Positions 27,716 through 40,760 of a stretch of DNA of 64,000 bases are shown here, piece after piece (within the stretch, counting starts at the first letter, position 1; the number at the start of each line of letters is the position of its first letter). The stretch spans positions 6,448,001-6,512,000 of the forward strand of contig OZ024761.1 in NCBI GenBank assembly GCA_964016885.1, read 5' to 3'. This DNA comes from Eledone cirrhosa. Its lineage: Eukaryota. The notes below the pieces were generated by a model that was not told the origin of the DNA, searched no databases, and worked only from the letters and a program-made list of their open reading frames with translations. The translations under genes and the position numbers were made by a program.

Positions 27716-27840
27716 TGTTATATTTTATTTTATTTTTATATTTTGTTATTGCCTCCTCCTTATTGAGGACGCCTTTTGTGTAAACTCCCCCCTTTGTACT
27801 TGTCCCACTTTTGATGCCCTGGTGGCAAATAAAAGAAACA
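27712..27840 (+). mobile_element. Short Tx1/L1-like 3' end in (TATC)n
   Basis: Ends gtggcaaataaaagaaa like the LINE ending at 30358; (TATC)n on both sides. Confidence 0.6.
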
Positions 27841-27891
<51 letters not shown>

Positions 27892-27913
27892 GTGAATAAA
27901 GAAATATATCTAT

Positions 27914-30358
27914 GTGATAGCCGTCACCGAGTCCAGGATTCACGACAAGCAGCAGTTAACCCTCATGTTCGATGACTTTGAGATCTACGCATCTCTCTGT
28001 CAGCCAGGAGGTGGAGGGGGAGTTGCTGTTTTGTTTCGAAAGAACCTGGATCTCCAAGTACAGACAATTTACTTGGACCCGGAGGGCAATTTGGTGGTCC
28101 TAGACGTGAATGGTGGTGAAGGTGGAGCTTTCAGACTGGTGGCCATACTGGGACATCGTGACCAGTGTTCTTTAAGCGTTTGGAGTCATTCCTCGGAACG
28201 TCTCGCTCTTTACTGTTAGCGGGGGACTGGAATGGCATCTTAGATGCACGTTGGGACTATGTAGGGGCATGTGTCGATATATATCAGCCAATTCCAACTG
28301 GCTGATAGATATCGACTAGATTTCCCAAGTGCACCACTGTGGACGTGCAGCAACCGCACTGGGTCTCTAGATCGTATTTAGATAGATTTCTAATTAGATT
28401 AGGTCCATACACGACAACCTCCACCTCATGCGATACATCATAGAGAGGGCAGGGTGTAAACCTGGCATCGGTGGGACTTTGATCAATTTAGAACAATCTA
28501 AGGCATTTGATAGGGTCGACCATCAATACTTGGAAGCGGTTCTCAAGGCGGCCGGTTTCGGTCCAGTCTTCAGAGGCTGCATCGCTGTCGTGCACAGTAA
28601 CATCTGTTCGGCAGTCCAGGTGAATGGCTACCTATGGGAGCCATTCTAAATCATGCGTTCCATCCGTCAAGGATGCCCTCTCTTCTCCATTCTGTATGCG
28701 CTGACTCTCCAGCCGCTACTGCGGAAGTTGGAGCTATTGCAGGGCATCCCGATCGAATCACGACTGCGAAAAGCAGTGTCGTCCCATGCCGACGACGTCC
28801 CCGTAATGGTGTCGAAAACCTCCGAAATCGGGGGTAATCGGCAACCTATTGCAAGAATAGGAAACGTTGACACGGGCACGACTAAACCTGAACAAGTCTG
28901 TCGGTTTGCCACTCGGTACATGGAGAGGCAAACCCATGCCTTCCGACATCGTCGTAGGGCGCTGGACGGGAGGACCAGTGAAATTGCTGGTGATCTGGTT
29001 TGGTCTAGACCCCCAGGTGGACAAGAACTGGAACGAGGTCACGACGAAGGTGTTTGCACTCACTCAGAAGTGGGCGGAGTGCAAACTCTCCTCGAAAGGC
29101 CGAGTGGAGGTGGCGAACACTTAAATAGTGTCCGTCATCTACTTGATGATGGCATCGCTTGACAGTCGTGCCTTGTCCCCGCGATCACTTCACCAAGATG
29201 GAGCGTCTTCTCTTCAAGTTCCTTTGGAAGAAACAGGCTCCGTTGGTGAGGAGATTCATCTGTTGCCAACACCCTTCCAACGGAGGGCTGGGCATGCCGT
29301 GGCTGGTGATGCGCAAACACGCGCTGAGGTTACGCCATCTCCAGGTATTCCTGACCGGCGAACCGGTGTGGCTGTCGTTTGTGAGACAAGCTCTTCCACA
29401 ACTCGTCTCACTAACAGAGCTGCAGTCCTGGGTCAAGCGAAGACCGAAAATGGGCGTCTGGCACCTCGAGTGCGCTCAGGCGCTTACAGCCCTCTACCAA
29501 CTGGAAACGGCAATCAGCGGAGACTCAACGTTGACATTCTATAGGGGAATAGTGGAGGATAAGTGCGACGACGTTCTCGGAGAGACTCTGGGCATCGAAG
29601 AGGACGAACTGACCAGTCTGTTCGGGAGGATTTCCGTCCAGGGCCTATGGAGGAGCTTACCAGTTCGAGACAAAATCTACAGGCATGGACGCCCTGACAG
29701 GGATCCTGTCAAAAGGACCTGTTCTAGATGCGAGCAGGACATTGAAACCGTTCTGCACGCAATTGTTCAGTGCCCAGGGGTGACCGACCTGTGGGATTAT
29801 GTCGAACAGCTACTGTCACATGTGGGACGCACCCATTTGTCAGCCGAGTCCATCATGAGCATCACCCCGTCGCCTTCCTTTAAGAACGAAGGAGAGGCGG
29901 TTTTCCTCTGTCTGGTGGCTATGGCGAAAGAGGTAATATGGTGGACTAGGTTAAAAGGACAACTCATCCCCTTCTTTAAGTACCACTTCAGAAGGAAGGT
30001 GAGAGTGGAGACAGAAAGGTGCTACACCCCAGTAAATTCGTTGAAAGGTGGATGAATGTGGCAAAAATGGCCCGAGTGAATGGGCCTTCTCTGTATATAA
30101 CCCTGTAGGCTGAGGAAGACAAGAACACCTACAAAACGTGTTCATGGTGTTGAGGGTTGTTCTATCCACGGGTTGTAAAACAACCCTGCAGTAACGCCCC
30201 CCCCCCCCCCCATTGGGGATTTCGAGTGTCATTTTATTTTATATATAGTTTATTGTTATTTATTAATGTTAAAGTTATTTGATTTTTATGTAAAACCGCC
30301 GCCGTCACGTCATGTAATGTCTCATTTCTAGTACACCCTTGTGGCAAATAAAGAAAGA
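27914..30358 (+). mobile_element. Tx1/L1-clade LINE, degraded and internally deleted (APE endonuclease, RT, CCHC)
   Basis: IAVTES, GGVAVLF, AGDWN, SYLDRF (APE); KAFDRVDH, IRQGCPL, HADDV, GGLGMP (RT); CSRC...ETVLHAIVQC. Confidence 0.9.
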
Positions 30359-30477
30359 TATCTATCTGTCTTTCTGTCTGCCTATCTATCTATCTATCTA
30401 CATGTCTCTCTCTCTCTCTGTCTACCTATCTCTTTCTCTCTCTCTCTCTCTATATATATATACATATATATATATAC

Positions 30478-31039
30478 ACAGTTCAAGTGTAACCAATCTT
30501 AAAGAGAGAGAGATGGAGATAGGAGAGGAGAGATTGGTGAATTAGTTAGAAGCCAAAGCGTAAAGGCATGTGCTCAATGTGCAATATGCAGTAGAAAGCA
30601 GCTAGGTGGCTGGGTTCATGCAGAAGTTAGGTGCGCAGAGCTGGAAATATTCATTAGTTAAGCAAAACAAGACCACAAATTTCACAAGGAAGACATTATT
30701 AAAAGATTGTCAACAATTGTGAACGGACATTATTATTATTATTGGCAGTATCGGTAGAGGGTCGGACGCCATGCTTTGACGTATAGAGTTACGGCCCTTG
30801 CCATTCTGAGTTCAAATCCCGCCAAGGTTAACTTTGCCTTTCATCCTTACGGGGTCGATAAAATAAAGTACCAGTAATGCACTTTTTTTTGCTGGCCTAA
30901 AGTAGAAACAATTATTATTAATAATATTATTATTATTATTCTCTACATTCCTTACATCAAACTAAAATATGTTGACAATCTTTTAATAATGTCTTCCTTG
31001 TGAAATTTGTGGTCTTGTTTTGCTTAACTAATGAATATT
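30478..31039. mobile_element. Repeat with inverted terminal segment and nested Meta-type SINE (30742-30915)
   Basis: Near-identical uninverted copy at 39592-39895; about 30648-30714 is inverted at about 30970-31039. Confidence 0.65.
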
Positions 31040-31174
31040 TATATATATGTTTATTTTTATTTTTATTATGCTTTTATATTTAATTTCATTTGTACCGTTT
31101 CCTCTCACCCCCTTTTTTCTATATGTCTCTCCACCACTCCCCTACACACCCTTGGAACTCTCTTCCAACACACT

Positions 31175-31212
31175 TTTCACCTGAAGAAGGGCTTATGCCC
31201 GAAACGTCGTTC
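31175..31212 (+). ncRNA. Minimal hammerhead-like motif
   Basis: CTGAAGA-a-gggc-ttat-gccc-GAAACGTC; stem I weak; AATAAA and (TA)n downstream. Confidence 0.55.
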
Positions 31213-31296
31213 CCCACCACCACCCCACTCTCAAGAGCGTGAAACTAATAAACCTTTGTTCGTACTGCCTCTCTGTTTTGTTCCCGTTCAATTTTT

Positions 31297-31354
<58 letters not shown>

Positions 31355-31355
<1 letters not shown>

Positions 31356-31573
31356 TTTGATTTATTGATTTATTGATATTTTTTCTGAGTGTCCCGAATC
31401 TTCCAGATCGCAATTTTTCGGTCGTACGGTTGATTATAGACTTGTTCTATGTGTGACGGTATTTTAACGATAGTTATAGCTCTGATTTATCTGAATTATT
31501 GAGCCCTCTGCCGCTCATTTCGAATTTTGTTTATCGTGAACTCGTGTGCCGATTTTTCGATACTCGATTATTC

Positions 31574-31578
<5 letters not shown>
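31355..31578 (+). mobile_element. Family D short repeat in (TA)n (probable PLE tail)
   Basis: Copies at 51633-51865 (-) and 53378-53590 (+). Confidence 0.55.
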
Positions 31579-31619
<41 letters not shown>

Positions 31620-31742
31620 CCTTCTTTAAGTTTATCATATTATTTGTGGTATAAAAACGTTGAGAGTTGATGAAATAAATCACTGCCAATACTGGAATTG
31701 AATAATCAAAATTGTAGTGGTATGTCGCATATCAAATCTTAT

Positions 31743-31803
31743 ATTTTATCTGATGAAAACGTACTTAAACACCATTGTACCTTTGAAATATGTATAATAA
31801 AGT
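31743..31803 (+). ncRNA. Type I minimal hammerhead motif
   Basis: attttat-CTGATGA-aaacgtac...gtaccttt-GAAA-tatgta-TA-ataaagt. Confidence 0.7.
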
Positions 31804-31847
31804 ATATATTTTGATTATGAGAATATTTTTCATTTATTAATATTTTG

Positions 31848-31886
<39 letters not shown>

Positions 31887-32335
31887 CTAGCCCTGTCTTT
31901 CCTCATGTGCGTTTTATTTTTCATAATCCCGCATGATGGTGAACTAGCCTGTTTTAAATTCCCTTTTTGGCATATTAATCTGTAAGAATTTTGGTTATCG
32001 AGTTGAGCTCTGCTGAGGATCGGATTCCAACCGTGACCATCTCCACTGAAAGTTTTCGTGAAATAGTCTTTAAGACTATACAGAGCATTTGAAGTTTTTC
32101 CAAATTGAAGGATGAGTATTTTAAACTTTATTTTATCATGAGTTAAGGCTTTATTGATTTTTCCCTGGATTTCACTAAATTCTGTGGATGAATCTATATC
32201 CTGATTCTCTTTGAGATGAGTTTGAATTATTTTTCCCACATCTTACGTTAACTATTTTTCCCATTTTGACTCTATAGTCACTTATATATTATGGAATACT
32301 GTTGGCTTTTAGCTACAATGTTTTCTATACCTTTC

Positions 32336-32371
<36 letters not shown>

Positions 32372-32374
<3 letters not shown>

Positions 32375-32577
32375 ACGGAGCAATTGTGGTAAGGAACCAG
32401 ATGGACCATAACGCACCAGAGTACTCAATACTTAGGGTAGTAGAGTGGGTAATAGGAGAAAGTATGACCCCGACGACAGAGCTCAAGCCGTTTCGACGGC
32501 TATTTCTGGACTAATTAGTCTAAAAATAGCAGTCGAAACGGCTTGAGCTCTGCCGTCGGGGTCATACTCTCTCCTAT
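32372..32577. mobile_element. Palindromic PLE family E 3'-end insertion
   Basis: Spacer-less palindrome 32452-32577 centred on gactaattagtc; each arm has GAAACGGC...GCCGTC-gggg-like HHR 3' half. Confidence 0.75.
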
Positions 32578-32648
32578 ATATACATATATATATATATATA
32601 TATTAAAATAAAAGTATTAATAAAATAGATGTTCTTTTGATCAATTAA

Positions 32649-32701
32649 ATTTTATTATACATATTTCGGATGTACGACAGTACATCCTCATCAGACAAAA
32701 T
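32649..32701 (-). ncRNA. Type I minimal hammerhead motif
   Basis: attttgt-CTGATGA-ggatgtac-tgtc-gtacatcc-GAAA-tatgta-TA-ataaaat; perfect 8-bp stem II. Confidence 0.85.
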
Positions 32702-32788
32702 ATAATGATACATGACATACCCTGAGATGTTAAATGGTTAAGATTTAATCAAGTTGTACCTTGATTAGGGTATGTCATGTATCATTAT

Positions 32789-32841
32789 ATTTTGTCTGAT
32801 GAGGACGTACTGTTGTACATCCGAAATATGTATAATAAAAT
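32789..32841 (+). ncRNA. Type I minimal hammerhead motif
   Basis: Mirror of 32649-32701 with one stem II mismatch. Confidence 0.8.
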
Positions 32842-33002
32842 GTAATTGATCAAAAGAACATCTATTTGATTAATACTTATATTTTAATATTAATAAATCC
32901 AGAAAATTAAATACGTTGAGTGCTTTCAATCTACTGTAAAACTCATTCTTTGAATATAATCATTGAATATTGTTTAACACTTTAATATATATATATATGC
33001 AC

Positions 33003-33036
<34 letters not shown>

Positions 33037-33099
33037 GTTAAAATACTGGAGCGTGTTGGAGTTAAACACTTCTTGTTGTTAATACTTCTTGTTGTTTTA

Positions 33100-33145
33100 A
33101 TTGCCCTGATGAGTCCTTAATAGGACGAAACATTGTTGGCTAATA
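33100..33145 (+). ncRNA. Type I minimal hammerhead motif
   Basis: gcc-CTGATGA-gtcc-ttaata-ggac-GAAAC-att-GTT-ggc; AATAAA follows; lies in a 160-bp island between (TA)n tracts. Confidence 0.8.
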
Positions 33146-33185
33146 AAGACTTTTGATGTATTGAAGGCTTCTTTGTTTTACTTTC

Positions 33186-33242
<57 letters not shown>

Positions 33243-33494
33243 GTATGTGTGTGTGTCTGTTTGTCTGTCTGTCTACCTATATACTTATCTGTCTATCTAC
33301 CTATTTGTCTGTCACCACACACACATACAGAGGTGTTACTATATATATACATACATACAACGTTGTTATTATATAGTTATATATAGACACTGCAGTGTGT
33401 TGAATAAGAGAGTGTATATATAAGCTGACCTCTGCACAATACAATTCTATGAAAACAATGTTAGTATTTTGTCTTAACCAGCCACCTCCGGCTA

Positions 33495-33580
33495 CGTATA
33501 TGTTTGTGTATATATATGTGTATATATGTTTGTGTATATATATGTGTGTATATGTTTGTGTATATATATGTGTGTATATG

Positions 33581-33620
<40 letters not shown>

Positions 33621-34795
33621 TGTATATATATATATATATATATATATATGTTTGTGTATATATATGTGTATATATATGTGTGTATATATATGTGTGTATA
33701 TATATGTGTGTATATGTTTGTGTATATATATGTGTGTATATGTATGTGTATATATATGTGTATATGTTTGTGTGTATATGTTTGTGTATATATATATATA
33801 TGTGTATATGTTTGTGTATATATATATGTGTATATATATATATAAATATGTTTGTATGTATGTAAGTTTGTGTGAGTATATGTTTGTGTGTGTGTCTCTA
33901 TGTATATTTGTTTGTGTGTATACATATATGTATATGTGTGTGTGTGTGTGTGTAAATATGTGTATATAAGTATGTGTGTGTGTAATTATGCGTATTTAAG
34001 TGTATGTGTGTGTAAATATGTGTATATAAGTGTGTGTGTGTGTATAATTATGTACTAATATGTGTATATAAGTATATGTGTATGTGTGTGTGTGTGTATA
34101 ACTATGTATAAATATGTGTATATACGTGTGTGTGTATATAACTATGTATAAATATGTGTATATAAGTATGTATGTGTGTGTGTGTGTGTGTGTTTTTTTA
34201 ACTATGTATAAATATGTGTATATAAGTGTATGTGTGTATGTGTATGTAAATATGTATGTGTAGGTGTGTCTGTGTGTAAATATGTATGTATGAGTCTGTG
34301 TGTCTGTGTGTGTAAATATGTATGTATGTATGTGTGTAAATATGTATGTGTATGTATGTATATGTGTGTATGTGTGTGTAAATATGTATGTGTATGTATG
34401 TATGTGTGTGTGTGTGTGTGTGTAAATATGTCTGTGTGTGTCTGTGTGTGTAAATATGTATGTGTGTGTGTAAATATGTATGTGTGTGTGTGTGTGTGTG
34501 TGTAAATATGTATGTATGTGTATGTGTGTGTGTAAATATGTATGTGTGTGTGTATGTGTGTGTGTAAATATGTATGTGTATGTATGTATATGTGTGTCTG
34601 TGTGTGTAAATATGTATGTGTGTGTGTATGTATGTGTGTGTGTGTGTGTGTGTGTAAATGTGTCTGTGTGTGTCTGTGTGTAAATATGTATGTGTGTGTG
34701 TAAATATGTATGTGTGTGTGTGTAAATATGTATGTATGTGTATGTGTGTGTGTAAATATGTATGTGTGTGTATGTATGTGTGTGTGTAAATATAT
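33495..34795. repeat. TG/TA compound microsatellite
   Basis: Direct inspection. Confidence 0.95.
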
Positions 34796-34839
34796 ATCCT
34801 CATAGTCTCACTTCCTCTACAGGTTTCTTACATCCTCCT

Positions 34840-37680
34840 TACACCATCACACCACCATTACACCACCACCACCACCACCACCACCATCACACCACCATTA
34901 CACCACCACCACCACCATTACACCATCACACCACCATTACGCACCCACCACCACCACCATTACACCACCACCATCACACCACCACCACCATCACACCACC
35001 ACCACACCACCACTACCATCACACCACCACTACCGCACCATCACACCACTATTACACCACCACCATCACAGCACCACCTCACCATCACACCACCATTACA
35101 CCACCACCACCATCACACCACCACCACACCACCACTACCGCACCATCACACCACCACCACACCACCACTACCGGACCATCACACCACCACCACACCACCA
35201 TCACACCACCATTACACCACCATCACACCACCATCACACCACCATTACACCACCACCAACACCACCATCACACCACCACCACACCACCACTACCATCACA
35301 CCACCACTACCGCACCATCACACCACCACCATCACAGCACCACCACACCATCACAGCACCACCACACCATCACACCACCATTACACCACCATCACACCAC
35401 CACCACACCACCATTACACCACCATCACACCACCATCACACCACCACTCACACCACCACCACACCACCACCACCATCACACCACCACTACTGCACCATCA
35501 CACCACCATTACACCACCACCATCACACCACCACCACACCACCATCACACCACCATTACACCACCATCACACCACCATTACACCACCATCACACCACCAC
35601 TCACACCACCACCACACCACCACCACCATCACACCACCACCACACCACCACTACCATCACACCACCACTACCGCACCATCACACCACCATTACACCACCA
35701 CCATCACAGCACCACCACACCATCACACCACCATTACACCACCACCACACCACCACCACATCACAAAAAACCATTACACCGCCATTACACCACCACCACA
35801 CCACCAACACCATTACACCGCCATTACACCACCACCACACTACCACCACCACCACACCACCACCGACACCATCACACCACCATTACACCACCACCAACAC
35901 CATTACACGCCAATACACCACCACCACACTACACCACCACCACCACCACACTACACCACCACCACACTACACCACCACTACACTACACAACACCATCACA
36001 CCACCACCACCACACCACCACCACACCACCAACACCATTACACCACCACCACCACCATCATACCACCACCACACCACTACACCACCACCACTACACTACC
36101 AACACCACTACCGCACCACCAACACCACCTCCACACCACCAACACCATTACACCACCACCACCACCATCATACCACCGCCACACCACTACACCACCACCA
36201 CTACACTACCAACACCACTACCGCACCACCAACACCACCTCCACACCACCAATACCACCTCCATACCACCAACACCACCTCCACACCACCACCACCACTA
36301 CACCACCACACCACCATCACACCACCAGCACCAACACCATTACACCACCACCACCACCACAGCACTAACACCATTACACCACCACCACCACCACATCACC
36401 ACCACCACCACCACACCACCATCACACCACCACCACCACCATTACACCACTACCACAGCACCAACACCACTACCGCACCACCAACACCATTACACCACCA
36501 CCATCATATCACCGCCACACCATTACCACCACACTGCCACCATCACCACCATTACACCACCACCATAACACTCCCACACCACCACCATAACACTCCCACA
36601 CCACTACCATTACGCCACCATTACACCACCACACTACTACCACCACGCCGCCACCTCCACACCACTACCACCACGCCGCCACCTCCACACCACTACCACC
36701 ACCACACCACCACCACCACGCCACCACAATCACACTACCACCGTCACACCATCTTCACACCACCACTGCACTACCACCACTACACCACCACACCATTACA
36801 CTACCACTACCATTACACCACCACCACTACACCGCCACCACTACACCACCTGCACTACATCACCACCACCATTACACCATCACCACGCCACCACAATCAC
36901 ACTATCACCGTCACACCATCTCCACCTCCATACCACCACCACCACACCACTAGCACCACCACGCCACCACAATCACACTATAACCGTCACACCATCACCA
37001 TCCACCACCACCACACCACTACCACAACCACCACACCACCACAATTACACTACCACCGTCACACCATCGCCACACCACCACCTCCACTTTACCAACGTCA
37101 CTCCACCATCACCACCGCACCATGTTGTATCACCGCCATGTTGTGTCACCACCATGTCGCCGCCATGTTGTATCACCGCCATGTTGTGTCACCGCCATGT
37201 TGTATCACCGCCATATCACCGTCATGTCACCGCCATGTTGTATCATCGCCATGTCACCGCCATGTCACCTCCATGTATCACCGCCATGTTTTATCACCTC
37301 CATATCACCGCCATGTTTTATCACCGCCATATCACCGCCATGTTGTATCACCGCCATATCACCGCCATGTTGTATCACCGCCATATCACCGCCATGTTGT
37401 ATCACCGCCATATCACCACCATGTTGTATCACCGCCATGTCACCGCCATGTCACCTCCATGTATCACCGCCATATCACCGCCATGTTGTATCACCGCCAT
37501 ATCACCGCCATGTTGTATCACCGCCATATCACCACCATGTTGTATCACCGCCATATCACCGCCATGTCACCGCCTTGTCACCGCCATGTTGTATCACCGC
37601 CATGTTGTATCACCGCCATATCACCACCATGTTGTATCACCGCCATATCACCGCCATATCACCGCCATGTCACCGCCTTG
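34840..37680. repeat. (CAC/CAT)-rich low-complexity tract followed by (catgttgtatcaccgc)-type minisatellite
   Basis: Direct inspection; source of the spurious 989-aa His/Thr/Pro ORF. Confidence 0.9.
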
Positions 37681-38898
37681 TTGTATGTTCTGTTCTGCAC
37701 TAAAATACCTGTTCTCTGTAATATTCTGTAGCAACACTGCATATATACACACACACATATATACACACACATACACACACATATATACACTTGTACACAC
37801 ATATATACACACACGCATATATATACACTTGTACATAAATTATGGACACGCACACACATACACACCTGTACACACACGCATATACACACTTGTACACACG
37901 CATATACACACTTGTACACACATATACACACTTGTACATACACATAGATATACACACTTGTACATACACATAGACATACACACACAAATACACACTTGTA
38001 CATATATATAGACATATACACACTTGTACATATATATAGACATACACACACACATATACACACTTGTACATGCACATACACACTCTGGCACACACACACA
38101 CACACACACACACATTCTTGCACACATACGCACGCTCGCACACACACACACTCTTGCACACATACGCACGCTCGCACACATACACACACATACACTCTCT
38201 TGCACACATACGCACGCTTGCACACACATACATAGCCACATACACACTCCCGCGCATACACAAACACCTACTCGCGCATACACATATATACGTAGACAGA
38301 CACAGACAGCGTACACTCACACACACACACACACACACATTCTGACACACGCATGTGTACATACACTGACATATACATACACACAGTCTCTATATACGCA
38401 CATAGAAACATAGAAGGAGTCTACACTCACACACATACTACACAGGGAGAGGGCGATAGATTGAGAGAGGGGGAATAGAGAGAGGGGATAGAGAGAGGGG
38501 GGATAGCGAGAGGAGATAGAGAGAGAGAGAGGGGGATAGAAAGAGAGAGGGGGGAGAGAGGGGGAATAGAAAGAGAGAGAATCAGACACAGACAGACAGT
38601 CTTTATACACAAAATACAGTCACATACGTGTACACACATATACACACACTCACATATATATACACACATGCACACACATATACACATATATATACACATA
38701 TATACGTATTTACACACACATAACACACATGCACACACATATACACATATATATACATATATATACACATATATACGTATTTACACACATATATATATAC
38801 ACACATAACACACATGCACACACATGCACACACACACATATACACATATATATACATATATATACACATATATACGTATTTACACACATATATATATA

Positions 38899-39197
38899 GC
38901 TATAATTGAATCTAGTTTGCTGATATCGTTAATCCGGTGTAATCCAAGGTTAATACCTCTCTTAATCTGTCAACATCCGTTGTATATTGACTGAACGTGG
39001 CCAAGCTGTAGTACTCCAAGTCATGTACCACTGTATACCTATCTTCAAAATACCTCACTAAACACACACGTGCTTTTCGCGTCTAACTTTTTATTTCTTT
39101 TCCTATTCTATCTTTCGATGACGGTCAAAGGTCCGAAACGTTATGGCTCTCTTCTTACTATATAAAGCATTACACTAATTTATATGATTATTGTATC
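38899..39197 (+). mobile_element. Degenerate PLE 3' end with decayed HHR (39115-39143)
   Basis: AIIES.LLI...NPRL resembles a GIY-YIG C-terminus; cgatga-cggtc-aaag-gtcc-GAAACGTTA. Confidence 0.45.
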
Positions 39198-39209
39198 TTA
39201 TTGTTCTGG

Positions 39210-39390
39210 ATTGGCAGTATCGGTGGAGTTTCGGACGCCATGCAGCATAGAGTTACATCCCTTTATGTTTCTGAGTTCAAATCCCGCCGAGGTTGGCTTT
39301 GCCTTTGTTCCTTGCGAGGTCGATAAAATAAAGTACCAGTAATACACTGGTGTAATTGCTGGCCTTGTGCCACAAGTAGAAACAATTATT
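39210..39390 (+). mobile_element. Meta-type SINE
   Basis: A/B boxes, central domain and tail as in the other copies. Confidence 0.8.
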
Positions 39391-39435
39391 GTACTGTATT
39401 GTTCTTCCATAGTTTTTTATTGTTGACTTTTCACC

Positions 39436-39525
<90 letters not shown>

Positions 39526-40016
39526 CACGTGCGTGTGTGAGAACATATATGTATGTGTATATGTATATGTTTGTATGAATACATATATATACACAGTTCA
39601 ATCTTAAAGAGAGAGATGGAGATATGAGAGCAGAGATTGGTGAATTAGTTAGAAGCCAAAGCGTAAAGGCATGTGCTCAATGTGCAATATGCAGTAGAAA
39701 GCAGCTAGGTGGCTGGGTTCATGCAGAAGTTAGGTGCGCAGAGCTGGAAATATTCATTAGTTAAGCAAAACAAGACCACAAATTTCACAAGGAAGACATT
39801 ATTAAAAGATTGTCAACGTATTTTAGTTTGATGTAAGGAATGTAGAGAATAATAATAATAATATTAATAATAATAATGTCCGTTTACAATTGTTTCACTA
39901 CACCATATAATATTTCTGGATCAGATGACTATATATCATAATTGATCTGGTTCAGTTGAAAATAATTAACATATTTAAAAAACAGAGCGGCTCATCGGAA
40001 CTTCAAAGGAATATAA

Positions 40017-40759
40017 ATGAAGTAGCTTTCCCTATCTTATGTTTTCCATAAGCTATTCCATGATTTGCTCCTGTATAATGGGCAAATTCCTTTCATGTCC
40101 AGTTCTATGAGGCTCTTATACTTCTCCGTGGCTCCTTTGTATACTCTGATTCTGTCTCTTTGGTTGTAGCCAGAGAACTGCATGCGATTGATGAAGTGTT
40201 GGATGTGTCTTTTCATTTCAGTTGGGTCGCACATGCGGGACACATTCTTCATCACTCGTACCAAGTCTGCGATCAGAATATTAAACTTAGCACTATTGGA
40301 CATTGCTGAGTTTTTGAGTATCAGGTATTTGGAGGCCATAGGTTTAGTATAGTGTGAGTGGAGAATTTGGGCCCTCTCGTCTATAGTGTTAATCCAGAGT
40401 TCCGTGTCTAATACTGGTAGTCTATTGTTAGGGTGTTTGGAAGAGTAGTCAACAGTTACGGTTATACTCTGGTGTATGGAGTTAGCTATCTGCTGGACGT
40501 TTTCCATTGTGCTATCTTCTAAATCATGTTCATTAGTACTCTCTTGCGGTGGTGTTCTTATTACTATATTAATATCGTCTACGTAATGAGAGTACATGAC
40601 GAGATCTATGGAGCTCTTTTCAAGGAGTTCTTTGAGTCTTCTTTCCCACCATACCATAAATAGATTGGCAACATCACCAGCTATGCTGACGCCAATGGCT
40701 GCTCCCTCATGCTGGGTGTAGATCTTTTCGTTAAATTTAAACATGTGGCTCTTTAGGGT
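40017..40759 (-). mobile_element. PLE family A RT fragment (diverged copy)
   Basis: 235-aa ORF highly similar to the 1962-3416 product (GAAIGVSIAGDVANLFM, YVDD). Confidence 0.9.
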
Positions 40760-40760
40760 C

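Larger units (their letters stand above)
32600..32985. mobile_element. Palindromic PLE-type 3'-end insertion with a complete HHR motif on each arm
   Basis: Arms 32600-32723 / 32767-32890; 43 bp spacer; (TA)n flanks. Confidence 0.8.

Noticed and set aside
34762-37731. 989-aa His/Thr/Pro-rich ORF
   Set aside because: Arises from stop-free (CAC)n low-complexity DNA; frame shifts freely between repeats; no domain.
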